31,906 bases of DNA, from the NCBI GenBank assembly GCA_903911805.1, contig CAIWET010000612.1:1-31906 (forward strand). Reading direction: 5' to 3'. The position numbers were made by a program, and so were the translations under genes. The notes below the pieces were generated by a model that worked only from the letters and a program-made list of their open reading frames with translations, ran no database searches and was not told where the DNA came from. Shown piece after piece: positions 8,610 to 19,105 of this stretch (its first letter is position 1; every line of letters starts with the position of its first letter). Source of the stretch: an uncultured Ignavibacteria bacterium. Its GTDB lineage: Bacteria; Bacteroidota; Ignavibacteria; Kapaibacteriales; UBA2268.

Positions 8610-9188
8610 ATGGAAATCAATTTTTATCACGACTTGAGAGTTCTCCCTGATTTGGCATTGATTGAATTGGCTGCTAAGTGCTTTAAATTAATAGATAATG
8701 GGATTTATGAAATTGAGGACTATTTTAAATTAATTTCGCAAGAACTGAACTCAAGAGATGAGAATTTTATTGATTTGGCTCACAAAAAATCTTTGGATTT
8801 GGATTATCATTGGAATCAAAATGCAATTATTGACAAATTAAGCAATGTTAAATTCTCAAATTCATTAGAAAAATATTCTGATGATTATTTCAATTATAAC
8901 GAGAAGCCCAGCTTTGCTTTTATCCGCGTTGTTGGCAATTCGATGATTTTTTCCAATATTTATGAAAATGATATATTATTAGTTTTGATTACTGAAGAAG
9001 TAAATAGTGGCGATATTATCGTTGTGAATATTGAAAATATCCAATTTGTAAAAAGATATGAAATCAGAGATGATAGAAAGTTCCTGGTTTCCAGCAATCC
9101 TGATTATCCTGAATTTGAGCTTACGGATCAAATCAAATATAAAATTACTGGAAAAGTAATAAAGAGTATAAGGAAATTATATGAATAA
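8610..9188 (+). CDS. S24-family (LexA/UmuD/CI-type) peptidase domain protein
   Basis: FIRVVGNSM (Ser), GDIIVV and FVKRY (Lys), SSNPDYP; the N-terminal half is not recognised. Confidence 0.85.
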   Translation: MEINFYHDLRVLPDLALIELAAKCFKLIDNGIYEIEDYFKLISQELNSRDENFIDLAHKKSLDLDYHWNQNAIIDKLSNVKFSNSLEKYSDDYFNYNEKPSFAFIRVVGNSMIFSNIYENDILLVLITEEVNSGDIIVVNIENIQFVKRYEIRDDRKFLVSSNPDYPEFELTDQIKYKITGKVIKSIRKLYE

Positions 9189-10224
9189 TGAACAGAGATT
9201 AACTGCAATATTTGACACATTGCCAATAGGAGCTGCTGTTATCACTCCAGATTTAGAAATTCTTGATATAAATAAGCAGTTTAAAAAATTTATTAAAGAA
9301 ATCAACTCAAAATCGGTTATTCCAAAAAATTTCAATGATGAGATTTTATTAAATAATAATTTACTTTTATCAGTTATCAAGCTTCAGGCAAAAAGTGTAA
9401 TAGAAACATCAATAGCTATTGAAGATGTTGAAATACATTTAATGAATAATGAAAAAAAGAGCATTTGGTTTTCGGTTTCAGTTAGTCCCTTTTGTTCTGA
9501 TTTAAATTGCGTAATTGCAATTGTATCCGAAATTTCATATAAAAAGCAGATTGAGCAAGATATAAAAAACACAAATAATCAATTAAGAAAAGTCTCTGAT
9601 TATATCGAATTTGTAAGGGAAGAAGAACGCAAGAAAATTGCTTTATGGATTCACGACGATATTGGGCAAGTATTTACAGGCTTAAAAATGGATTTGACTT
9701 CTTTGGAGATGAAATTAGACCAATTGATTGATCAAGATGCCAAAAAGAGATTTGATACTATGCAGCGTGAACTTGACGGAAGCATTATTAGAATCAGAAA
9801 GATAGCATACAATCTAAGACCTCCATTCCTTGATCACTTTGGGATTTGCAATGCATTGGAATTTCAATTGAATGATTTGTCTGAAAGAAGTGGATTTAAA
9901 GTATTTGTCACAAAAAATGTCAAAGAAATCGAATTGACAGATGAAAGAAAAACTACTCTATTTAGATTAATGCAGGAATTATTTATTAATATTATAAGAC
10001 ATTCTAAAGCTAATGAAGTAGAATTAGAAATCAAAAAAGTTGGAACCGACTTGCTTATATATTTGCACGATAATGGTATTGGAATATCCAAAAGTACTCT
10101 TAATAGCCCAAAATCATTTGGGTTAATGGCGATAAAAGAAAGAATACGTGCCCTCAAAGGAACAATCAATTATTTAATAAATGAAGGCGAAGGAACAAAA
10201 ATCAACATCAAAGTCCCAATTTAA
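9181..10224 (+). CDS. PAS-domain sensor histidine kinase, HisKA_3 (NarX/UhpB-like)
   Basis: N-terminal PAS (FDTLPIGAAVI); EERKKIALWIHDDIGQ H-box; LRPPFLD; QELFINIIRHSKA; DNGIG; FGLMAIKERI. Confidence 0.9.
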   Translation: MNNEQRLTAIFDTLPIGAAVITPDLEILDINKQFKKFIKEINSKSVIPKNFNDEILLNNNLLLSVIKLQAKSVIETSIAIEDVEIHLMNNEKKSIWFSVSVSPFCSDLNCVIAIVSEISYKKQIEQDIKNTNNQLRKVSDYIEFVREEERKKIALWIHDDIGQVFTGLKMDLTSLEMKLDQLIDQDAKKRFDTMQRELDGSIIRIRKIAYNLRPPFLDHFGICNALEFQLNDLSERSGFKVFVTKNVKEIELTDERKTTLFRLMQELFINIIRHSKANEVELEIKKVGTDLLIYLHDNGIGISKSTLNSPKSFGLMAIKERIRALKGTINYLINEGEGTKINIKVPI

Positions 10225-11891
10225 TTCTTTAAAAAACTATAAGTTTTATCATTAAGTTTTATGAGATAAATTCCTTTTGGCAATGATGAAACATCTATTC
10301 TCAAACTTTCATTTTCTAAAACAAAAGGAGATTTAATCTTTTCTCCTAATTGATTATAGATTTCCAAATTGTAGCCTTCAATATTTGAAGTAATTTGATT
10401 ATCAAGTTTTATATTAATAAAATCGCTTGTGGGATTTGGATAAATCTCAGCTGTTTGGTCCAATTCTTCAATACCAACTGGATTTTTCATGATAAAAATT
10501 CCTGATTTACCATATTCCATATCGGTATCATTATTGAATAATGCCCTTAAAACAGCAGTTTTTGTGTCAGTATTTGGTACTTTCCAATCGTAATATCCGT
10601 TAATTGCATTAACAGAATATGCAATATTAATCCAGCTTTTTCCACCATCAATACTATATTCTAGGTCAAAGTCAGAAAGATTTACAAATGTCCATCTAAC
10701 GCGATAAGTTTTATTCACTAAAATTGTTTCATTGAGAATTGGATTTTTGAAAGTTAAATTTCCCTGAAGAATTTTAAATGTACCTGATTGGCAAATTTCT
10801 TTTCCAGTTTCAAAATCAATCATTCTAACCAAAGCAGATTTAGTGGTTACGCTTGGAATTTTCCAGGTTAATTCGCCAACTGAAGCAATTACAGGTGAAG
10901 CAATCAACGTCCACGAACTTCCACCGTTAGTAGAAACATCAAATTTGAGTTTATTAAATCCTTGGCAAGTCCATTGAAGTACATCAGATTTGCCTCCATA
11001 ATAAAGAGCATCGCCAGAAGAAGGTCTCAAGAAATATGAAAATCCAGGAAATACTGAAAATTCTGGTGTTTGAGACAAAACAGCTTTTGAAGCACTATCA
11101 ATTAATCTTATTGAACAATGCTGAGAATTTGCTAATGGAATTGTCCAGGTATAAGATAATTTTGAGGACATAATAGGTTTTGGTTCAAGATAAACCCAAT
11201 CATTGCCATCAGTTGTAAATTGAATATAAATTGGATAATTAGCTGTTGATGTCCATTTTATATCAGTTTTTCTGTCGGGATAAAATGATTCACCACCAAC
11301 AGGTGAAACCAATTTAGCAGAATAAAGCAAGAATTCTTTAAAATCTGATCTGGTTGTTAATATATTAATATTAGTATTATTTATAGTTCTGATAATTGTG
11401 CTTGTATGCCAACTGAAAACAAATGAAGTATTTACATTTAAAATCTTGAATCTTAATGTGCCAAGATATGTTTTAGTTTTTGGAACAATTAACCCTGGCA
11501 ATTGAGGCTTAGCCGTAGTGTCATAATTGATTTCAATAGTTTGGTAATCTAATTTGATTGAATCAGGAGGATAACTGGTGATTGCTTTATATCCTTTTGG
11601 CAATTTATTATTAAAAATAATTGATGTATCAGTAAGCAAAGATTCAAATTTAAGCTTAGTTTTGTCATAATTGAAAGCAAAAGTACTTCGCCCAAGATAA
11701 AAATCATCACCATCGCTCTGAATATAAGTTTTCAAATCAATGTAATTACCATTAATTATTGGTTCAGCAATAAGATTACAACTTATCAGCTTAGGAGACG
11801 CCAGGTCTTTAGACAAAGTATTTAATGATAATGATAAAAAAATCAAAATCAGAAAACAAGCTCTATTTATTAAATTTATATACATATTCAA
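10221..11891 (-). CDS. T9SS-secreted protein: signal peptide, cohesin-like domain, three Ig-like PxGGE...I.W repeats, type-A CTD
   Basis: CTD IYPNPTSDFINI...IYNQLG...IDVSSLPKGIYLIK; three similar domains of about 90 aa. Confidence 0.8.
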   Translation of the reverse strand: MNMYINLINRACFLILIFLSLSLNTLSKDLASPKLISCNLIAEPIINGNYIDLKTYIQSDGDDFYLGRSTFAFNYDKTKLKFESLLTDTSIIFNNKLPKGYKAITSYPPDSIKLDYQTIEINYDTTAKPQLPGLIVPKTKTYLGTLRFKILNVNTSFVFSWHTSTIIRTINNTNINILTTRSDFKEFLLYSAKLVSPVGGESFYPDRKTDIKWTSTANYPIYIQFTTDGNDWVYLEPKPIMSSKLSYTWTIPLANSQHCSIRLIDSASKAVLSQTPEFSVFPGFSYFLRPSSGDALYYGGKSDVLQWTCQGFNKLKFDVSTNGGSSWTLIASPVIASVGELTWKIPSVTTKSALVRMIDFETGKEICQSGTFKILQGNLTFKNPILNETILVNKTYRVRWTFVNLSDFDLEYSIDGGKSWINIAYSVNAINGYYDWKVPNTDTKTAVLRALFNNDTDMEYGKSGIFIMKNPVGIEELDQTAEIYPNPTSDFINIKLDNQITSNIEGYNLEIYNQLGEKIKSPFVLENESLRIDVSSLPKGIYLIKLNDKTYSFLKN

Positions 11892-11951
11892 TCAATCATT
11901 TTTTAATTAATGACACTTCACCATCAAATATATTTACAATTAATATGCCAA

Positions 11952-12215
11952 TCAATCAATTTCTGCAATTTTTGCTAAAAGATTTTGTAAAATCTCAAAA
12001 CATTCATCGTTATTCATAATCTTTTCTGAAATTCTTGATATAAAACTATTATAATCTTCGAAATTCTCATCACTTATTTCTTTACTATAATTGTTATAAT
12101 AAACCAATTCAACATTGGTTCTAATTTTTTTAAACAAATGGAGATTTTTCTCCAATTCTGGCTTCGCTATAAGTTCATCAATCATCATTAATGTTGCTTT
12201 TAATATTTCTTTCAA
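11952..12215 (-). CDS. Hypothetical protein (87 aa)
   Basis: ORF co-oriented with the downstream T9SS gene; no recognised motif. Confidence 0.5.
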   Translation of the reverse strand: MKEILKATLMMIDELIAKPELEKNLHLFKKIRTNVELVYYNNYSKEISDENFEDYNSFISRISEKIMNNDECFEILQNLLAKIAEID

Positions 12216-12367
12216 TGTCTCTCCAAAAATATTCTAAATTATCGAAAAGAAAATATATAGTTTAAATTGCTATATTTATATGATTTTAATATGGTAATGA
12301 TACATTTTTTATAATGCTGTGTTATTAATTTTTATAGAAGAAATTTAATATTTATGGAGATTATAGA

Positions 12368-14878
12368 ATGAAAATGTGGAAATTTACCAGTCTTTTAATT
12401 GCACTATTTATGGTGTTAGCAGGAACTGATGCATTATCTCAAATGCAGCCACCAAAACCTGTATTAAAATTTGCAGCTAATTCTACCAATGGTTCTAATG
12501 GTGAAGTTACTTCAACTCTTTATTGGTATGCTGATGGCACATCCAATCCGGCAGCTAATAGTTTTTATATTTATTATTCAGAAAAATCCAGCGATAAATT
12601 GAGTGATTTTACTAAATTAACAGAAGTAAAAGCAGACGCCAATAACAATGGATTATATAATTATACATTGACATTAAGGTCCTCCGGTGGTTGCTTTGCA
12701 ATTACAGCTGTTGCTTATGCAAATGGAGTAGTTGCAGAAAGTACCCCTGTTTATTCTTGCTTAAATTCAGATAATAAAACATATATTTCTTTTGGCAATC
12801 AACCTTTGTATAAAGGAACCATTAATCAAGAATATTATTATTATCCAAAAGCATATTCAAACTCAACTGCAACTATTAAATATGAAATGACAGCAGACAA
12901 TGGTCAAAAATACACATTAAATGCTCAATCTGGCGAATTCAGATGGACTCCAACTGTAGCTGGAACTTATACTTTTGAATTAAAAGCTTACTTTGCTGAT
13001 AATTCAGCTTCGTCAGTTCAAAAATGGAGTGTATATGTTTGCGATCCAAATGCACCATATATCAAAATCACATCTACTCCAGCAGTTTATGCCGCTCCTG
13101 GAAAAGAATATGTTTATCAATTAGTTACAGAATCTAACGTTAAATGTGCTGTAAATTATAGCTTTATTGGAACTTTGCCTGATAACGCGTCATTCGACAA
13201 AACAACCGGCACATTGAAATGGACTCCTACTCAATTACAAGTTATCACTGGAGCTTTTAAAGCAGAACTTTCTTGCGATAATAAAGTATATACTATTCAA
13301 CAGTTCGCTATTAAAGGTTACTCCACTGACAATTCTGACTTATGCGCTACTATTACAGGAGTTGCAACTCTTGACAATGGTACAATCCCAACTGAAGGCA
13401 AAGTAGTTGCCTGGAGAATTTCTCCAGACTCTAAAGTAAACCCAATGTATGGCTCTTATATTGAAAAAGGAACATTTTCAATTAAAGTGCCTGAAGGTGA
13501 CTATGTTTTAGAATTTTACGGTACCGAATTTGAACACTCTTGGTTTGAAAATGCAAGTACTTTTGAAAAAGCTAAAAGATTTGCATTGAAATGCAACGAA
13601 AGCGTTACTATAAGAGTTGCTTTAAAATCAGCTGTTAAAGCAAACTACCATACAGTAACAGGAAATGTATCTGATGCTTCTAATAATCCTGTATTTGCTT
13701 ATATTGAATTTTTACCAATTCAAAAAACAAACGACTTAAATAAAGCAAATACTCAATTTATTACTAAAACTGATTCTCAAGGAAATTACTCAATTTCATT
13801 GCCTGATAATTTAGATTATAAAGCACACGCAACTCCATTTGATGATACAAATTATGGCGATATGTATTATAATCAGGTTACTTCGCTTTTCGAAGCCGAT
13901 ATTATTATCGTAAATAAAGATTTATCAGGTATTAATTTTGTAGTAACAACTAGAGAAAAACTTGTTAATGGCTTTGCCGGCAGAGTTATTGATGAGAATC
14001 TTGCTGGTATTAAATCAATTGTTTATGCCACAAGATTAAGCACAACTAATCCTTCAACTAAAGCAGTTCAATTTGCTGCACAAACAGATGACAAAGGAAA
14101 TTATTCATTCAAAAGTCTCCCTTATGGTGATTATGTTCTAATGTCTGTGCCACTCGAGAGAACTTATATTCCTGGATATTACAAAGCTGGCGATTTTGCC
14201 ACAACATCTTGGAAAGAAGCAACAAAAATCAAAGTTACTGACGTAATGAACGATATGATTGTAGAAATCAAACATAAACTAAGACCAGCAATTAAAGGAA
14301 TTATCCAAATTGATGGGACAGTAAACAAATTGAATTCATTAACTATTAAAGGTGATTTGCCACAGAGCGAAAAGTCTCCTTTGGCTGGTGCATTTGTCTA
14401 TGTAATTGATTCAGAAGGAACTTTAAGTGACTTTGGCTTTACTGACGAAAACGGAAACTTCTCATTAACACAACTAGGTCAGGGACAGGGAACACTCTAT
14501 GCTGATGCTCCTGGATATAATTTAATGAAAGTAACTATTCAGGCAGATTATCAGAAGAATTATAAATTAAGCGGATACAATTTTGATATGAATACTTCAT
14601 TGATATCAACAGTAACTGAAACAATTGATGGATTCAATGTTTATCCTAGTTTGACAACTAATAGCATTACAATTAATTTCAATTCTGATGAAAGTAATGC
14701 GATTATTGAAATTATTGATATAACCGGAAATCTTGTATATAGCGAAAATAACAATTTAGCCAATATTGGCGAAAATACGTTAAAAGTTAATCTTAATGGA
14801 TTAGCTAATGGCACTTATTTTGTAAATGTTAAATCCGGAAATAAATCAGCTACAAGCTCAATAAAAATTGTAAAGTAA
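12368..14878 (+). CDS. T9SS-secreted protein with putative Ig/cadherin-like and carboxypeptidase-regulatory-like domains, type-A CTD
   Basis: Signal peptide; GEFRWTP and GTLKWTP repeats; several TDxxGNYS/F domains; CTD VYPSLTTNSITI...IIDITG...LNGLANGTYFVNV. Confidence 0.8.
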   Translation: MKMWKFTSLLIALFMVLAGTDALSQMQPPKPVLKFAANSTNGSNGEVTSTLYWYADGTSNPAANSFYIYYSEKSSDKLSDFTKLTEVKADANNNGLYNYTLTLRSSGGCFAITAVAYANGVVAESTPVYSCLNSDNKTYISFGNQPLYKGTINQEYYYYPKAYSNSTATIKYEMTADNGQKYTLNAQSGEFRWTPTVAGTYTFELKAYFADNSASSVQKWSVYVCDPNAPYIKITSTPAVYAAPGKEYVYQLVTESNVKCAVNYSFIGTLPDNASFDKTTGTLKWTPTQLQVITGAFKAELSCDNKVYTIQQFAIKGYSTDNSDLCATITGVATLDNGTIPTEGKVVAWRISPDSKVNPMYGSYIEKGTFSIKVPEGDYVLEFYGTEFEHSWFENASTFEKAKRFALKCNESVTIRVALKSAVKANYHTVTGNVSDASNNPVFAYIEFLPIQKTNDLNKANTQFITKTDSQGNYSISLPDNLDYKAHATPFDDTNYGDMYYNQVTSLFEADIIIVNKDLSGINFVVTTREKLVNGFAGRVIDENLAGIKSIVYATRLSTTNPSTKAVQFAAQTDDKGNYSFKSLPYGDYVLMSVPLERTYIPGYYKAGDFATTSWKEATKIKVTDVMNDMIVEIKHKLRPAIKGIIQIDGTVNKLNSLTIKGDLPQSEKSPLAGAFVYVIDSEGTLSDFGFTDENGNFSLTQLGQGQGTLYADAPGYNLMKVTIQADYQKNYKLSGYNFDMNTSLISTVTETIDGFNVYPSLTTNSITINFNSDESNAIIEIIDITGNLVYSENNNLANIGENTLKVNLNGLANGTYFVNVKSGNKSATSSIKIVK

Positions 14879-14896
14879 AATTTAACTTTACATTCT

Positions 14897-14939
14897 ACAA
14901 AAGCCGCAATTACCCCTATTTGCGGCTTTTGTGTTTTTT
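14897..14939 (+). terminator. Rho-independent terminator
   Basis: 13-bp stem ACAAAAGCCGCAA / TTGCGGCTTTTGT with a 10-nt loop, followed by a T run, 18 bp after the stop. Confidence 0.85.
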
Positions 14940-15056
14940 AAATTAATTTAAATAAAAAACAATGAATGAGTAGATCAAGAACTAACTCAATTACACCCTG
15001 TTCATAACTTTAGCCATTGTGGAAAAATTTAAGCTTTAAAATTAAACTTACTTAGT

Positions 15057-15064
15057 TATTTTTG
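15057..15064 (+). promoter_or_regulatory. Putative -7 promoter element (TAnnTTTG) of smc
   Basis: TATTTTTG 41 bp upstream of the ATG; the -33 element is only approximate. Confidence 0.4.
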
Positions 15065-15105
15065 CAATTCGCTAAATTTATGAAAATAAAATTATTTAAT
15101 ATAGA

Positions 15106-18100
15106 ATGTATTTATCAAAATTAGATATTGTCGGCTTTAAGTCTTTTGCTCAGAAAACTGAATTCAAGTTTAATGATGGATTGACAGCAATTGTTGGTCC
15201 TAATGGCTGCGGCAAGACAAATATTGTTGATGCTCTCAGATGGTGTTTGGGCGAGCAAAAATCCGCTATTTTGCGTTCTGACCATATGGAAAATGTAATT
15301 TTTAATGGTTCAAAAAATCGTAAACCATTAGGAATGGCTGAAGTATCTCTTACTTTAGACAATAACAAAGGAATTTTACCAACTGAGTTTTCAGAAGTCG
15401 TTGTAACTCGCAGATTGTTTCGCGATGGAGACAGTCAGTATTTATTGAATAACACACAATGTCGATTGCGCGATATCGTTGATTTATTTATGGATACCGG
15501 TATGGGTGCCGATTCCTACTCTGTAATCGAGTTGAAAATGGTTGAAGCAATTCTTAGCGGTAAACCCGAAGAACGTCGCCATTTGCTCGAAGAAGCAGCT
15601 GGAGTGAATAAATATAAAGCCAGAAAAAAAGAAGCCTCCAAAAAATTATCTACTGTTCAAAATGATCTACTCAGAATAAGCGATTTATTCCAGGAAATTG
15701 AAAAGCAAGTAAGCGTTCTTTCTCGCCAGGCAGCAAAAACTAAAAGATATAATAAATTGATGGAAGAATTCCGCGAATTAGACCTTAATTTATTAAAACG
15801 TGATTATCTTAAATATTCTGCTGAAATTGATAAATTAAAATCTGAAATTGCTACTTTAACAGAATCGAGAACAACTCTTGATGAGCAGAATATTACGGCA
15901 GAAGAAAATATAAAAGCTCTTGAAATCAAGCTGATTGAACTTGAAACTAAAAAGAACTTATTATTAGAAAAAGATAATTTATTTAAATCTCAAATTTCTA
16001 CAAAAAAGCAAGATATTGCAATTAATGAAGAAAAAATCACTGCTTTAAATGCAAATCAATTAAGAAATAATAGCGAAATTGATGAATCTGCAGACAAAAT
16101 AGTTTCCATTGATAACCAAATTGCTCTAAATATTGAGCAAAAAAGCAAGTTTGAAATTGAAAATGAAGATTTGGCAAAATCTTTAAATGAACAAAATGAA
16201 ATTGTTAAACAAAATAAAAATGAGCTTTCTGATTTTCGTCAAGATGCACAATTAATTAATGAAGAGATTTTAAATCTTCAAAACCAGATTAATAACTTCA
16301 GAAATTCTTTAATTAGAAATAATGCCAAAATCAAAAGCAATAATGACAGAATTCAGAAATTAAATGACGAACTTTCAAATCTCAATCAAAGCATTTCTAA
16401 TCAAGAAGTAGAAAAGCAAAGAACCGAAGATAAAAAAGCATCATTGAGAGAATTTGTTGAATTGGCTCATCAAAAATTGATTGGTGGACAAGAGCGACAA
16501 AAAACTCTTAATGCTGAAATTGAGAAATTATCAACCGAAATTAACAAAAGCAAGACTTCTCTATCATCCAAAAAAACAGAATTGGACTTCCTTTCAAGTT
16601 TAATGGATGTGGACGATACTTCAAAATTCATTTTAAAAAATGAAGCTTGGAAGAATCTTGGCAAACCTACAGTTTTAATTGAAGATATTGATGCAGCTGC
16701 AGAATATCGTGTGGCTATCGAATCTGCTTTAGGCGACTATGCCCATATTTTCCTGATTGATGATGAATCTCAAGCACATTCTGCATTCAATTATCTCAAG
16801 AAAAACGAAAAGGGAAAAGTTTCTTTTATTTGCAAATCAAATATTAAAGAAATGCCAGCTCCAAAAGATATTACTCAAGAAAATGATGTAATTGGCTGGT
16901 TAAGCGAATTAGTAAATGTGGACGATAAGCTCCGATCAATGCTAAGAAAAATCCTTAATGGATGCGTTTTAGTTAAAGATTTTGATGCAGCAAAAAGTGC
17001 TATTAATTCTGGTAAATGCTCAACTGCTGTTACTTTAGCTGGTGAAATCATAAAGAATGATGGCTTTATCAAAGGTGGTGGAATTTCCAAAAAAGAAGGT
17101 CTATCTGTTGGTAAGAATGAAAGAATTAATAAATTAAAAATTGAAATTTCTAATATCGAATCTTTATTAAAAGAAAACGAAGAAATTTTGAAAGAATTGA
17201 AATCAGAAGTTTCTGAAATTAATATTTATAATCTTTCAAATGAAATGAGAAAAGCTGAAGCTGAAGAGAATAAAAATCTACAACTAATTTCTCAATTCGA
17301 TTATAAAATTGATTCGCTCAATAAAAATTTCGAAATGATTGAGCAAAATCTGAAAGGAATTTCAAATGAAAATCTTGAACAAGAACAAGAAATAGAATCA
17401 ATCAATCAGAATTTTGAAGAATATTCAAATCAATTATATATCAAAAAAGAAGAATTTACAGTATTCCAAAGTTCTTTGAGTACCTCAGAGAAAAATGTAT
17501 CAGAAGCCGAGAAAAAAGCTAAAGATATTGAGATGAATATTATCAGGATTAATGCTGAAATCCATAGTTTAATTACTGATAATCAAAAACTTGAAGTCCA
17601 GAAGTCAGAAATTAAATTCAAAGCGGAAAGATTAAAATCTGAAATTGAATCAAACATTATTGAAATTGCAAATCTTAAAAATAAAATTGCTATAACTGCT
17701 GAAGAATTGGAATCACTCAATCAAGAAGCAACATTAGTGCAGAATGACAAGGACTTTGTAACCGCAGAGATACATTCAATTGAACAACAAATCCAACAGT
17801 ATTCCAACGATTTATCTGCAATGCGTAAAAATCACGACAGATTGACCGAATCGATTCACCATAAAGAACTTAGCTTTACTGAGATTAATTCGAGTATCAA
17901 AACTTATCGTGATAAAGCGCAAGAAAACTACGAAGTTTTTATTGATAATTATGAAATTGATTTAGAGCAAGAATTCAATTACAACGAAGCGAGAATGCAA
18001 TTAACTGCTTTAAAAGAACGCCTATCCTCAATTGGAAACGTCAATTTTATGGCTCTTAAGGAATTCGAAGAAGCAACAGAAAGATATGATTTTTACGATA

Positions 18101-18636
18101 AACAATTGAAAGATTTGCACGAATCCGAAAAATTATTAGTTGAAACAATCGAAGAAATTGATAAAAATGCTTTAGCAAGATTTTTGGATACATTCACAAA
18201 AGTTCAGCAAAATTTTGTATTTCTATTCACTAAATTATTTGGTCCTGAAGGATTTGCGGAATTAAAATTAAGCTCAGATGACGCACTAGAAGCAGATATC
18301 GAAATAATTGCACGCCCTCCAGGCAAAAAACCTCATTCAATCGAAATGCTTTCAGGTGGTGAAAAAACATTAACAGCAATTTCTCTTTTATTTGCAATTT
18401 ATCTTGTAAAGCCAAGTCCATTTTGTATTTTAGATGAGGTTGATGCTCCATTAGATGATGCAAATATTGATAAATTTTTACAAATCATCAGAGAATTCAG
18501 CAAAGAAACTCAATTCTTGATTGTAAGTCATAACAAGAGAACAATGGAATTAAGCGACACACTTTATGGCATCACTATGGCTGAAGAAGGTGTTTCAAAA
18601 GTAGTTTCTGTTAGATTATCACAAGAAGCGATATAA
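15106..18636 (+). CDS. smc: Chromosome segregation protein SMC
   Basis: GFKSFA, Walker A GPNGCGKTN, long coiled coils, hinge (GEII...GFIKGG), LSGGEKTL signature, Walker B CILDEVDAPLD; 1176 aa. Confidence 0.97.
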   Translation: MYLSKLDIVGFKSFAQKTEFKFNDGLTAIVGPNGCGKTNIVDALRWCLGEQKSAILRSDHMENVIFNGSKNRKPLGMAEVSLTLDNNKGILPTEFSEVVVTRRLFRDGDSQYLLNNTQCRLRDIVDLFMDTGMGADSYSVIELKMVEAILSGKPEERRHLLEEAAGVNKYKARKKEASKKLSTVQNDLLRISDLFQEIEKQVSVLSRQAAKTKRYNKLMEEFRELDLNLLKRDYLKYSAEIDKLKSEIATLTESRTTLDEQNITAEENIKALEIKLIELETKKNLLLEKDNLFKSQISTKKQDIAINEEKITALNANQLRNNSEIDESADKIVSIDNQIALNIEQKSKFEIENEDLAKSLNEQNEIVKQNKNELSDFRQDAQLINEEILNLQNQINNFRNSLIRNNAKIKSNNDRIQKLNDELSNLNQSISNQEVEKQRTEDKKASLREFVELAHQKLIGGQERQKTLNAEIEKLSTEINKSKTSLSSKKTELDFLSSLMDVDDTSKFILKNEAWKNLGKPTVLIEDIDAAAEYRVAIESALGDYAHIFLIDDESQAHSAFNYLKKNEKGKVSFICKSNIKEMPAPKDITQENDVIGWLSELVNVDDKLRSMLRKILNGCVLVKDFDAAKSAINSGKCSTAVTLAGEIIKNDGFIKGGGISKKEGLSVGKNERINKLKIEISNIESLLKENEEILKELKSEVSEINIYNLSNEMRKAEAEENKNLQLISQFDYKIDSLNKNFEMIEQNLKGISNENLEQEQEIESINQNFEEYSNQLYIKKEEFTVFQSSLSTSEKNVSEAEKKAKDIEMNIIRINAEIHSLITDNQKLEVQKSEIKFKAERLKSEIESNIIEIANLKNKIAITAEELESLNQEATLVQNDKDFVTAEIHSIEQQIQQYSNDLSAMRKNHDRLTESIHHKELSFTEINSSIKTYRDKAQENYEVFIDNYEIDLEQEFNYNEARMQLTALKERLSSIGNVNFMALKEFEEATERYDFYDKQLKDLHESEKLLVETIEEIDKNALARFLDTFTKVQQNFVFLFTKLFGPEGFAELKLSSDDALEADIEIIARPPGKKPHSIEMLSGGEKTLTAISLLFAIYLVKPSPFCILDEVDAPLDDANIDKFLQIIREFSKETQFLIVSHNKRTMELSDTLYGITMAEEGVSKVVSVRLSQEAI

Positions 18637-18654
18637 GATCACGATCTCGTATTA

Positions 18655-19066
18655 CCCCTCCCTAAATCCCTCTCCAAAAGAGAGGGACTGGAAGAAAAGG
18701 AATAATCTTTGTAGAGACAGGTCTAAAGACCTGTCTTTTTTATTTTTTTTGCAAGGTGTCATGCCGCACTTCGGTGTGGCATCTACGTCTAGAAAATCGA
18801 CAACCACTCGCCCCACCCTAAATCCCTCCCCTTGAAGGGAGGGACTGGAAGAAAGAGAACTATTTATCTCTTAACTAAATGATTCTACTATATTTACTTC
18901 CCATCCTTCAGTATGGAGGGGTGGCAAAACGTGTATTCATGAATGTTTTGACGGGGTGGTCACTTTTCTTTCTTAAGAGAAACACACCCCCTGTCCCCCT
19001 CTTGATAGAGGGGGGAAAAGACATTTATTTCTTCAAATCCCTGCCCTCGCAAGCAGGGACTTGAAG
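18655..19066. repeat. Mosaic REP-like cluster 4: C variant (18655-18689), A (18711-18736), B (18757-18784), C (18809-18846), D reverse (18901-18963), E (18982-19017), hairpin 19031-19066
   Basis: The A-B-C block and its linkers parallel 4-135; lies between the convergent smc and OmpA genes. Confidence 0.9.
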
Positions 19067-19105
19067 AAATGGGAAAAGCAATGTCTTTCTTAGCGAACTA
19101 AATTC

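Noticed and set aside
7805-9188. Intact prophage
   Set aside because: No integrase, att-like repeats, replication, terminase or structural genes nearby.
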